In this document: positions 26,380-36,400 of the stretch, in pieces
Layout of the letters: every line of letters begins with the position of its first letter
How positions within the stretch are numbered: position 1 is the first letter of the stretch
From: a virus
Taxonomy: Duplodnaviria > Caudoviricetes
Strand: one strand, 5' to 3'
DNA length: 40,318 nt
IMG/VR virus record: IMGVR_UViG_3300029169_000009
Span: 1-40,318 of that record
Notes under the pieces: generated by a model
What the model saw: the letters and a program-made list of their open reading frames with translations, nothing else
Told to the model about the DNA's origin: nothing
Database searches by the model: none
Translations under genes and position numbers: made by a program

Positions 26380-27363
26380 ATGAACGCAAACGCCATTCAA
26401 AAGGCTTTGAGTGTGGCGACAGCTGGTGAGTCAGTCGAAGCTTACTTGCCGGATCCGCTCGCACAAGAGGTCATTGAACTCGTTCGCGAACTGAACATCA
26501 TGCGTCGGTTCGTTAACGTATTCAACCAGAACACGCGTTTCTGGACCAAGCCGAAACGTACTTCCGGCCAAGCCGCCTACTACATCCCCGATGGAACGAC
26601 GGCCACGCTGAGCACTTTCCAAGCGACGCAAGTCCGCTGGGAAGCGAAAAAGCTGATGACTTTCCTGACCGTCGACATGGAAGCCATTGAAGATAGTCAA
26701 CCCGACGTTGTCAACCAAGTGTTGACGGATGCCGCTGACGCGATCGCAGAAGCAGAAGAGATGGTCATTCTACAAGGTGATCCAACTCATCTCGCGACTG
26801 CGCCGACGCCGGAGTCCGCCACTGCTGCGAACTGGTACATTCGTGATCCTCGCCTGATGCACGAAGGTATCTTCACCGTCGCCAATGGTCCTGACGCTGC
26901 AACGCCTGTCGATGCTGCTGCGGCTGCTTTCGATCTCGATTTCGTGAACGAAGCACTGTACAACCTTGGGAAGTTTGGTCGGGTTAAGTCCCGAATCGCC
27001 GGTTTCTTCGGTTCGCTGCAGGCAGCTCAGGTTCGCCAGAATGCTTCGTTCAAGGACGCCAGCATCTCCGGTCAGAACCTCGCTAGCTTCTTGACCGGTC
27101 TCGGTGAAGCTGGATCGAACAACAGTTTGGTCACGCTCATCTACGGTGTACCTTTCTACGAGGCACCGCAGGCGCCGGAAGATCAGGCCGTCATGTACCG
27201 GATGGATGTACCTCATCTCGGTGATCGTCGGATGATCAAGTTCGTGAACGAGGACATCATCGAGTCGGATCAACGGAAGTATGTCGTTTCCGAACGGTTC
27301 TCGCTGAACTACCACTATCGCGATGCGATGGTCATCATCAAGAACCTCAGCACCACGCTGTAA
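26380..27363 (+). CDS. Major capsid protein (HK97 fold)
   Basis: YLP..LAQEVIE, AKKL.....V..EAIEDS, AEAEE..IL.GD, IYGVP and ER motifs; follows the protease; GAGGA SD; followed by a strong terminator. Confidence 0.9.
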   Translation: MNANAIQKALSVATAGESVEAYLPDPLAQEVIELVRELNIMRRFVNVFNQNTRFWTKPKRTSGQAAYYIPDGTTATLSTFQATQVRWEAKKLMTFLTVDMEAIEDSQPDVVNQVLTDAADAIAEAEEMVILQGDPTHLATAPTPESATAANWYIRDPRLMHEGIFTVANGPDAATPVDAAAAAFDLDFVNEALYNLGKFGRVKSRIAGFFGSLQAAQVRQNASFKDASISGQNLASFLTGLGEAGSNNSLVTLIYGVPFYEAPQAPEDQAVMYRMDVPHLGDRRMIKFVNEDIIESDQRKYVVSERFSLNYHYRDAMVIIKNLSTTL

Positions 27364-27384
27364 TTCACGGCTACGCTGCATCAA

Positions 27385-27415
27385 GGGCCGGTTTCTTCGG
27401 AGACCGGCCTTTTTT
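27385..27415 (+). terminator. Rho-independent terminator after the major capsid gene
   Basis: GGCCGGTTTC-TTCG-GAGACCGGCC stem with C(UUCG)G tetraloop, then a T6 tract. Confidence 0.92.
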
Positions 27416-27483
27416 ATTTTAAATTCACGGAGTAAAATACAATAAGGATATGTGCATGTGATTTTCGAGTCGGAGATTTATAT

Positions 27484-28773
27484 ATGGGTGCAGATTATGT
27501 AAGTGTCGATGGTAAAATAGTGATCTTCGAGCACGGTGACGATGTTCATAAATACATTAACAGTGGTCATTTTAAGTTTGGTTGTAGCTATTATCACGAT
27601 GCTGACGTGTTGGTGCCTAATTTTCGATATAGCGTCGGCAATGGTAAAATTTACCAAAGATCGATTGTCAACCAATTTTCGATTTATGAGCGAAAATTCG
27701 ATTTCCCTTACGTGGTCATCAACTCGCAAAGTCCAGATCGAGTAGAGCGCTACTTATCTGTTTTGAGAGATAAGAATTGGCAAAACCGTATTGCGTGTGA
27801 AGCTGTTCGAAGTGGTTCTTTGGTTCAAGAGTTTGACACAAGCAACATTGTCGAGTACAAGAGCATTAGCCACAACAGCTCTCAAAATCTGCTGAAAGAG
27901 TTTCGTGATGAATCGTACGGTGATCGATTCATCAAGTCGCTGACTCTCAATGGTCAGTACAGGTCAGAAGTTGTGAGCTCCGCCAAAAAACCAGTCACAG
28001 TTGTGATACCGACAGCAAATTGTGAATTGGTGATCGAATGTCTGTCACATTTATCTAAATGTGTAAGCGACATTGATCGAATTATCGTAGTTTCGAATGG
28101 CGCCGGCGATGAACCGTTATCTGGTTTATCTAGTGAGTACAGCGCTATTCATGATTTGGCCGATGTGGTGGTGTATGATGGAGAATTCAATTACTCTAAG
28201 ATTCACAACTGGGTGATTGATAATTATATCTCTTGTGATCAAGGGTATTGTTTGTTGCTTAACGATGATGTCAATGTGTTGAATGGTAGTTATGTTTCAC
28301 AGATACTGTCTGTTGCTGAATTGACTGGATCCGGAATAGTCGGTAATGCGTTGTATTATCCCGGCGATCAGTATGACGAAGACAGGTTTCGAACAAAATG
28401 TCATTATCAACACTGTGGTATTACTTCGAATCAGCGCAAGACAGCGTTTGATCATTACCAGAGGCACAAGTACGTGAGTACACATTATATGCCAACTCGC
28501 AGAGTTGGATTGGTAACTTTTGCGAGCGCTTTAATTAGGAACGATGTGCTGAAGTCAGTTAAATTTGATGAACGGTACTTCGGTAATTGCAGTGATATCG
28601 ATTTTTGTGCTCGAGCAGCATTAGAGGGAGTTGAGACCTGGTATTGTTCGACAGCAGAAGCTGTTCATCATGAGTCGAAAACAAGATCTGGTAATCCTGT
28701 GAAAGACGAGTGTGCATACGAATACTATCAAGACGACAAAAACAACGTTCAAAAATTGTGTGGCATAGTATGA
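27484..28773 (+). CDS. GT2-family glycosyltransferase with an uncharacterised N-terminal domain
   Basis: VTVVIPT, FNYSKIHN, LLLNDDV, QHCGI, FDERYF..CSDIDFC and HHESKTR GT-A motifs; GGAG SD. Confidence 0.85.
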   Translation: MGADYVSVDGKIVIFEHGDDVHKYINSGHFKFGCSYYHDADVLVPNFRYSVGNGKIYQRSIVNQFSIYERKFDFPYVVINSQSPDRVERYLSVLRDKNWQNRIACEAVRSGSLVQEFDTSNIVEYKSISHNSSQNLLKEFRDESYGDRFIKSLTLNGQYRSEVVSSAKKPVTVVIPTANCELVIECLSHLSKCVSDIDRIIVVSNGAGDEPLSGLSSEYSAIHDLADVVVYDGEFNYSKIHNWVIDNYISCDQGYCLLLNDDVNVLNGSYVSQILSVAELTGSGIVGNALYYPGDQYDEDRFRTKCHYQHCGITSNQRKTAFDHYQRHKYVSTHYMPTRRVGLVTFASALIRNDVLKSVKFDERYFGNCSDIDFCARAALEGVETWYCSTAEAVHHESKTRSGNPVKDECAYEYYQDDKNNVQKLCGIV

Positions 28774-29675
28774 ATAAATTATTGGTGGTTGGCGGTCTCG
28801 GATATCTCGGAAGCGAAGTTGTCAAACGATTTGAGTTGAAATCGGATTTTGAAGTCACTGTTTTGGACATCAACCTTTTTGACAGAAAGTTCAAGCCGGC
28901 AGTGGCGAAAGTCGTTGGAGAAAATTTTGTTACCACGGATCTGTCGTATTACAAACAGTTTGACAAAGTAGTGGTTTGCAGTGATATCGATATTCCAGCT
29001 TTGTACGATTCCAATGCTGTCGCGGATAAATATTTGTCCTCTTACCAGTGCGCATTGGTCGATCTTGTAAAAACAGGTATACAGGTAGTGTGGGTAGCAC
29101 CCACTGAATCGTCACAATCAATCAAAGACTTCAATGATGCGACGATTCGCAAGATGGTGGAGCTCGGTGATATTGCAAAAGTCAACATTCGCAAGTGTCC
29201 TCACCTGTATGGCCCGTCAGACAGTATGAGATCTGATGTTTTTTTGAATCAGGTTATTCGGGATTTCATCATGACCGATTCATTTGTTCTTCACAGTGAC
29301 CCGTTTGAAATTATTGATTTCATGAACATCGATTCTTATATGGATTTTTTGGCGCCGGCGATCGCAACGAATCACCATCTTAAGGTTACAGATTATTACG
29401 GCCACAGTTCGTTGACCAGAATAATGATTTGTAATTGTATCAATTGGATCATGGGCGCTCAGTACGAACTATCTGTTGCTTCAACTGATATATCTGAAAT
29501 AAACGACGCCCGAATCAACTTCAACGAAAGAATGGCGTTAGAATCGTTCATCAAAACGATTACATCAATGATACAAGATGGGCAATGTATGGAGTTTGTC
29601 GACATAGCGAGTGACAACAATATTGCTGTCAGCAATTTTGTTGTAGGGTATGAATTTGGGAACAAGTTGATCTGA
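28770..29675 (+). CDS. NAD-dependent epimerase/dehydratase-like protein (catalytic motif degenerate)
   Basis: KLLVVGGLGYLGS...VTVLD Rossmann motif; LYGPS.SMRSD..LN extended-SDR motif; no YxxxK visible. Confidence 0.65.
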   Translation: MNKLLVVGGLGYLGSEVVKRFELKSDFEVTVLDINLFDRKFKPAVAKVVGENFVTTDLSYYKQFDKVVVCSDIDIPALYDSNAVADKYLSSYQCALVDLVKTGIQVVWVAPTESSQSIKDFNDATIRKMVELGDIAKVNIRKCPHLYGPSDSMRSDVFLNQVIRDFIMTDSFVLHSDPFEIIDFMNIDSYMDFLAPAIATNHHLKVTDYYGHSSLTRIMICNCINWIMGAQYELSVASTDISEINDARINFNERMALESFIKTITSMIQDGQCMEFVDIASDNNIAVSNFVVGYEFGNKLI

Positions 29676-30478
29676 TGCAATTCTTTACTGGCGCACAAAG
29701 AAAACCGAAGTTGACTCACACCAGGGAAATAACAGAGTCGTATACAGAGTTAACTGAAAACGATATCAATTGCTTAATTATCGTTGGTTCGAATGTCTCC
29801 AGTATTCGTTTACCGCATACAAAGTTTGTTGACCTTTTGTGTTTTCAATTTGTCTTTGATCTACCACTGTCGTTGGAATTTAATCAAAAAGTCACACTGT
29901 TGCCGCATTGGGGTCAACAGATTGATGATGATGTCCATGCTACGATGGTGAGAGGTACCAATTTCGATTCGGCTTTGCTGATGGCCGACAATGAGCGGAA
30001 CAAGTATCAAATTCTTGAAGGTACTTTTATTGAGGTGGGTTTTGAACAGAGCTCATCTACTGAAGTCAGTGAGACAAGTTCATCATCCTCATCTTCGTCG
30101 ACATTTGCTTCAAAGTCGACGTCATCGTCAAGCAGCACAAGCAGTTCTCAAGAAAGTCAGAGCTCAGAGTCGTCGAGTGCTAGTACAGAATTCAGCTTCA
30201 CTTCGTCAAGTAGCACGATTAACTTAAGTACATCGTCGCAGAGTTCGTCTTCCTCGTCATCTACTGTGGCTTTGGAAACGTCATCGAGTTCAGTTTCGAG
30301 CTCAAGCAGCTCTTCAACGCAGGAGTTCAGCAGTTTCAGCAGCTCTTCGAGTTCTTTGAGCTCGCTAGAATTGAGCAGTACAGTTAGTAAGAGTTCGTCG
30401 TCTTCGTCAACAGAGCTGTTTGGTTCCAGAAGCTCATCCAGTTCAACCGTAAGTTCAACAAGTTTAAGTAGTTGTTAA
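29675..30478 (+). CDS. Serine-rich protein (N-terminal fibre-type domain plus poly-Ser tail)
   Basis: TGATG coupling; C-terminal half is mostly Ser with TEVSET and EFSSF words; N-domain IRLP...VTL...QIDD...SALL.AD...YQI. Confidence 0.8.
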   Translation: MQFFTGAQRKPKLTHTREITESYTELTENDINCLIIVGSNVSSIRLPHTKFVDLLCFQFVFDLPLSLEFNQKVTLLPHWGQQIDDDVHATMVRGTNFDSALLMADNERNKYQILEGTFIEVGFEQSSSTEVSETSSSSSSSSTFASKSTSSSSSTSSSQESQSSESSSASTEFSFTSSSSTINLSTSSQSSSSSSSTVALETSSSSVSSSSSSSTQEFSSFSSSSSSLSSLELSSTVSKSSSSSSTELFGSRSSSSSTVSSTSLSSC

Positions 30479-30479
30479 T

Positions 30480-33400
30480 ATGCAGTTTACTCAATCTCAA
30501 GCGCACATAGCGACTTATCTGCCGATTGAAAAATTTGGTTCTTCTGAGTCAATTGGTTCAGGTGAGTTGCACAGTGTCATATTGGCTAATACGTCGACAG
30601 ATAGTGAGTACACGTTGCCGCCTTTGACTAGTGCCATTGATGCTGAGGATTTGTATATCAAGTTAGTCAGTACGGCTGGTATCATCGAGGTGTTCCCTGA
30701 TGATCCAAACAATGAGACGATCGATGGTCTTGAGTCGATACTGTTACAGCAACCGCAAAGCGTAGTTAAGCTTTATGCAGATTTTGATAATCTTAGGTGG
30801 CGCATATTGGCTTTCTACCAAGGAGGCTTGACTGAAACATCTTCTTCTAGTAGTTCAAGTAGTTCTTCTTTATCTAGCAGTTCTAGTAGCACATCTTCAC
30901 TATCAAGCAGCAGCTCTACTGAACAATCTGAAACTAGTAGTAGTTCTTTCAGTTCTTCAAGTAGCAGTGAGAGCACACTGGGCCTAAGTGAAACTTCCGA
31001 ATCGAGCTTGTCATCGTCGTCGACTGTAGTGTTGTCGAGTTCGTCGAGTAGTATAACTGAGGAATCTTCCTCTTCTTCCTCATCCTCCACTGAGGCTTCG
31101 GAAACGAGCAGCTCTCTGTCATCCTCTTCATCTTCTACTGAAGTCAGTGAAACATCTTCCAGTAGCAGTCCTTCGTCGTCATCGTCGTCATCTGTGTCGT
31201 CTTCGTCTTCGACTGAGGCGTCTGAAACCAGCAGCAGTAGTTCTACGTTATTGGCCGAGTCATCGTCTTCGTCTTCTTCGTCCTCTACTGAGATATCCGA
31301 AACCAGTTCTAGCAGCTCGTCTGCTGGTACGCCGCCATTTGCTGCAAGTTTCGCGTCCGCAAATACTGAATTTTTGTCCATTGCTGACAATGCTGATTTG
31401 TCGATGGGTAATGTCGATTTCGTTATATCTGTGTGGGCGAAGTTTGATACACTGGCCCAGAATAACACTGTGATATCTAAATTTGACTCAGGATCTGTCA
31501 GCGACAGAGAATACTTGATTGCAAATAATGGTGCTACGGATATCAGGTTTGCGTTAAGTGAAAATGGGATCAATACGCAAATTTACGATCATGCAAAGTC
31601 GCTGAAAATTAATACATGGTATCATATTGTGTGTTGGCACGATTCTGCCAATGATGAAGTCGGTATACAGGTTAACGATGATGCAGCTGAAATTTTCACT
31701 AGAACTATTGGTGTGCACAACAGCAATGAATCGTTCATCATGGGCGCTGGTGACACAGGTACAGCTTTTCACGGTGATTTGGATATCTCGATGGCGAGAA
31801 TATGGAAGAATCGTATTCTCACAGAAACCGAAAGGAATCAGTTGTGGAACGGTGGTGATGGTTATCTTCACGCAAATCTGCCAGCTGGTTTGCTGACGAA
31901 TTTGGTTGCAAATTGGGATCTTCAAGAACTTAACGGAACTCGATTCGATCAAGTTGGCTCCAACGATCTTACCGATAACAACACAGTTACGAGAGACCTC
32001 GGACCAAGAGCAGCGGAGGATACCAGTTTCAGCAGCTCGTCGTCCTCTTCTTCGTCAGCTGTTGACACTCTTGCGGCCCGATTCCAATCTGCTAACACTG
32101 AGTATTTATCGATTTCTGACAATCCGTCGCTCACCATTGGTGATATCGATTTTTCCGCTGTTGCTTGGATGTATCTCGACAATAAAGATGTTGCGGATCG
32201 ATGGGTGATGGGGACTTATCACACAGCGTCGCCGCAGAGATCTTGGGTGATAAATTATGAGCCCAGTAATGATCGGTTCCGTTTCAATATTAGTTCAGAT
32301 GGGTCGGCTGCCAATAGTACTCAGTTGTTGGCGAATTCGTACGGTTCTCCAAAAGCTAATACGTGGTACATGTTGACAATTAGGTACAATGCTACAACGG
32401 ATACCATGTACATTAAAGTCAATGATGGACCTGAAGATACCGCCTCTCATTCTGGCGGTGCATTCAATTCCAGTAATCAATTCACTATCGGAGCAAGCGA
32501 TAGTGGCACTAATTCTCGGCATGATGGTCGGATTGCTAGCGCCGGACTGTGGAAGCGGTTTATCACTGACAGTGAAATTAACCAGCTCTGGAATGGTGGC
32601 GTGAATTTGTTGTACAACCAATTGCCAGCGTCATTGCTTACTTCGCTCACTTCATACTGGAACCTTGATGAACTTTCCGGTACTCGTTTTGACAGCCACG
32701 GCTCCAACGATCTTACCGACAACAATACTGTTACCAGGGCAGCTGGTCCTAGTGCTGCTGAGGATACCAGTTTCAGCAGCTCGTCGAGCCTGACTTCTCT
32801 TGAATTCAGCTCTTTTAGTTCGTCGTCTTCACTGTCTTCGTCATCTCCGTCCTCATCTTCTTCGTCGTCGAGCGCGAGTTCGATCGAATTCAGTTCGTTT
32901 AGCAGTTCGTCTCTTTCTAGTAGTTCTGATTCGAGTAGTTCACTAGAGTTTGCAAGCTTCAGTTCCTCGTCTTCGTCCTCGAGCTCGTCTTCATCTGGTT
33001 TTATACCTTTCGGTGCTTTGTTCGTCAGCGCCAACAGTGAAGAATTATCTTTGTCGGATACTGCCGATGTTTCGATGGGTGATATCGATTTCACTGTTGC
33101 TTTGTGGGTCCGGATGGACGATTTAGGATCGAATCAAACAGTGTTGTCTAAATGGTTCGAACCGACGAGTAACAGAGAGTACATCGTTACGTACAATACT
33201 GCCACGAATGATTTCTTGTTGGCGTATAGTTCGGCCGGCACAGGTGACTCTCTTGTACTGACCAGTACTGCTGCTGCGTCTGTTGTTTTAGGTGCATGGA
33301 ATATGATTACGTTTTGGCACGATAGTGTTGGTAACGTGGGTGGACTTCAAATCAACGATAATGAGCCGAATACTGGTGCAATCACCGGTGGTGTATTTGA

Positions 33401-36400
33401 CGGTGTAGCTGATTTTTTACTTGGTCCAACTTTAGATGGCGCTATTTCGATGGTCGGTGTTTGGAAGAACCGTGTTCTCAACGAAGCTGAGCGGATTCAA
33501 TTGTTCAATCAAGGGTTTGGTTATCTCCATGCAAATCTGCCAGCTGGCCTGTTGACTTCTCTTACTGCATACTGGGATCTTCAGGAATTGGATGGCAGTC
33601 GTTTTGATAGCGTCGGCTCAAACACTTTAACGGATGTGAACACTGTTGGGAGAACACTTGGGCCGAGACCGTCTTTGGATTCTAGTTACAGTTCAAGTTC
33701 TTCATCGTCGTTGTCATCCTCGTCATCGTCGACTAGTTCGTTGTCATCATCTTCATCTAGTTTGTCATCATCGTCTACACTGTCGTCTCTTGAATTCAGT
33801 AGTTTCAGTTCATCGTCTTCGAGCTCTAGTTCATCACCGTCTTCTTCTCTTGAGTTCAGTTCGTTTAGTAGTAGTTCATCTTCCAGTTCTTCTCTCGAAT
33901 TCAGCAGCTTCAGTTCGTCTTCGTCTTCTTCTTCAACTGTGGCACTTACAAGTTCCAGCAGTTCATCCGGAGAAGGAGGATTTAACGATGGCGTCATTGA
34001 TCAGTATGAAGCTTCGTTAACGAATGTTTGGAAGCTCGAAGAGTCTTCTGGCAATGTGCGGTTACCAAAAGTCGGTAATACGGTTTTGATTGAGCAAGTA
34101 GTAAATGTTGCCAGAGCTACAGGTGTTGATGGGTTTGGTGCGTCATTTTCCAGAACGAATGATCATTCGTTGCGTGGCCAAGGCTCTTCTGTGCAACTTG
34201 CTTCAAAGATGATGATTTCTTGCTGGATAAGGCAGACTGGCGGAGCTGGCAGCGATATTCACGTGTTCTTCCAAGTAGGCGGAATACAGTCTCAAGGGGG
34301 AGGAGTCGCTTTGCGTGATGGTTTGCCTGGTGGAGGACACAATATATACATCGCTACTACAACTGACACAGAAGAGATCTCAGGGACGTTCTTGAGTCCG
34401 GGCGTTTTCAATCATTGTCTGATATTCATTAATTTGGATGACGATTGGGATGTTGGTGGTACTGAGAATGTTATTTTGTACATCAACGGCGTTAAGAGCG
34501 TTTCTGATACTTTGAACGGTTCTTTTTCAGAATTAGGTGACGAAGCTTTTATCACTCTGGGAAATGGTTTCACTGAAGGTTCAGATGAAGCGTCGAATTG
34601 TATCATTGATGAATTTTACATTTGGACAGGCGACGTCCCTTACGCATTGGCTGATCGTTTTGAATTGGCAGATCGGCTTTATAATGCCGGCTCGGGTACT
34701 TTTTACGAGTGTCCACAAAGTTCATCGTCAGAAAGTTCTTCAAGTTCTCAAGAATTCAGTAGTTTCAGTTCATCTAGTTCTATTAGTTCTTCATCGTCGT
34801 CAACGAGTCAAGAGCCTGATTTTTTCAGCAGTAGCTCCAGTAGTTCACAAGAATTCAGTTCGATGTCCAGTAGCGATTTAGATCCATCATCCTCTTCATC
34901 CTCTTCCACTGAGGTATCAGAGACAAGCAGTAGTTCGCCAAGCTCTTCCTCTTCGTCTTCTACTGAGGTTTCTGAAACGAGCAGTTCGTCGTCGTCGTCT
35001 TCGTCATCGTCTACTGAGGTATCGGAAACGAGTTCATCTTTTTCATCGTCCTCTTCTTCCACTGAGATCAGTGAAACCTCTTCGAGCAGCAGTTTGAGTT
35101 CATCTTCCTCAAGTAGTTCGACTGAAGTTTCAGTGACTTCGTCTAGTTCGTCTTCTACTGAATCTGTATACGCGGCTAATTTTACTGGGTCGAACAGTAA
35201 TTATTTAGAAATATCCGATAATGCGTCGTTGAGTACTGGCGATATTGATTTCACTTTTGCTGCTTGGGTTAAGTATGATGCAATAACAGGCACTCATGCT
35301 ATTTTGAGCAAATTTTCTGTAAATGAAGAATATTTACTGTCCAGAAGTACTGCATTCGGAGGTAGTTTTGAATTCTTAGTTGACGATGGAACTTCTTCTG
35401 TGGCTGTGCGTACGATAGATGCGTCAATTAATACATGGTATCTTGTCGTTGGTTGGCACGACAGTGTGAATAACGAGATCGGAATTCAAGTAAATGATAA
35501 CGCTGCTGTGACTTTACCTCATACTACGGGGGTAGATGACAATAATTCTCCGTTCAGGATCGGCAATTCATCGTTAGGGGTCTTTCCTACCAATGGCGCC
35601 ATAGCTATGGTGGGGTATTGGAAGAACAGAGTTCTTTCAGAAGCCGATCGGAATCAATTATTTAATTTGGGGTCTGGCTACAGGTATTTCGAGTTGCCTG
35701 CGGGTCTGCTCACTAATTTGGAGTCGTACTGGGATCTTGACGAGGCTTCTGGTACTCGTTTTGATTCAGCTGGGTCTAATGATTTGACTGAAAACGGTAC
35801 TGTAGGCCAAAGGACTGGACCTGATCCGACTGAAGATTCAAGTTTCAGTTCGTCTTCGTCATCCTCTTCATCTTCTACTGAAGTCAGTGAAACATCATCT
35901 TCGAGCTCCTCTTCGTCGTTGTCCTCTAGTTCTTCTTCGTCATCTTCTACTGAAGTCAGTGAAACATCATCTTCGAGCTCGAGCTCTTCATCTTCATCTT
36001 CGTCTTCCACTGAGGCTTCAGAGACGAGTAGCAGCAGTAGTTCTTCATCCTCATCTTCGTCATCTAATGTGCCTACGTTCGCCGCTAGTTTTAATGGTAC
36101 AAATCAAACGTTAAGTAGGGCAAGCAATACGGTACTTGGGCCGGGCGATATCACATTTGCCTTTGTGGTATGGTTCAAGCCGGACGACATTCAAGGTGCA
36201 AATCAAGCAATATTGTCCAAATGGGGCGTATCAGGTAACAATCGAGAATACAAACTCGATTTGAGCTCAACTGTTTTAGCATGGAATGTCAGTGGTGACG
36301 GCACTGTTCTAGGTACTACAACGGTGGCAGTGGCGCCGACCGGCGGATTCAAAAACGGCGCCTGGTATATGGCTATTTGTTTTCACGATCATTTCAATAA

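Noticed and set aside
25747-27384. 200-aa minus-strand ORFs opposite the protease and capsid genes
   Set aside because: They are antisense shadows of strongly codon-biased genes and show no motifs.
27362-27430. AATTCACGG direct repeat flanking the capsid terminator (possible target-site duplication)
   Set aside because: Only 9 bp with no mobile-element gene; it cannot be distinguished from chance.
30815-36010. Long acidic (E/D/L-rich) minus-strand ORFs and Arg/His/Leu-rich alternate-frame ORFs
   Set aside because: They are shadows of the poly-Ser codons (the reverse complement of TCN gives GA-rich codons); there is no independent support.
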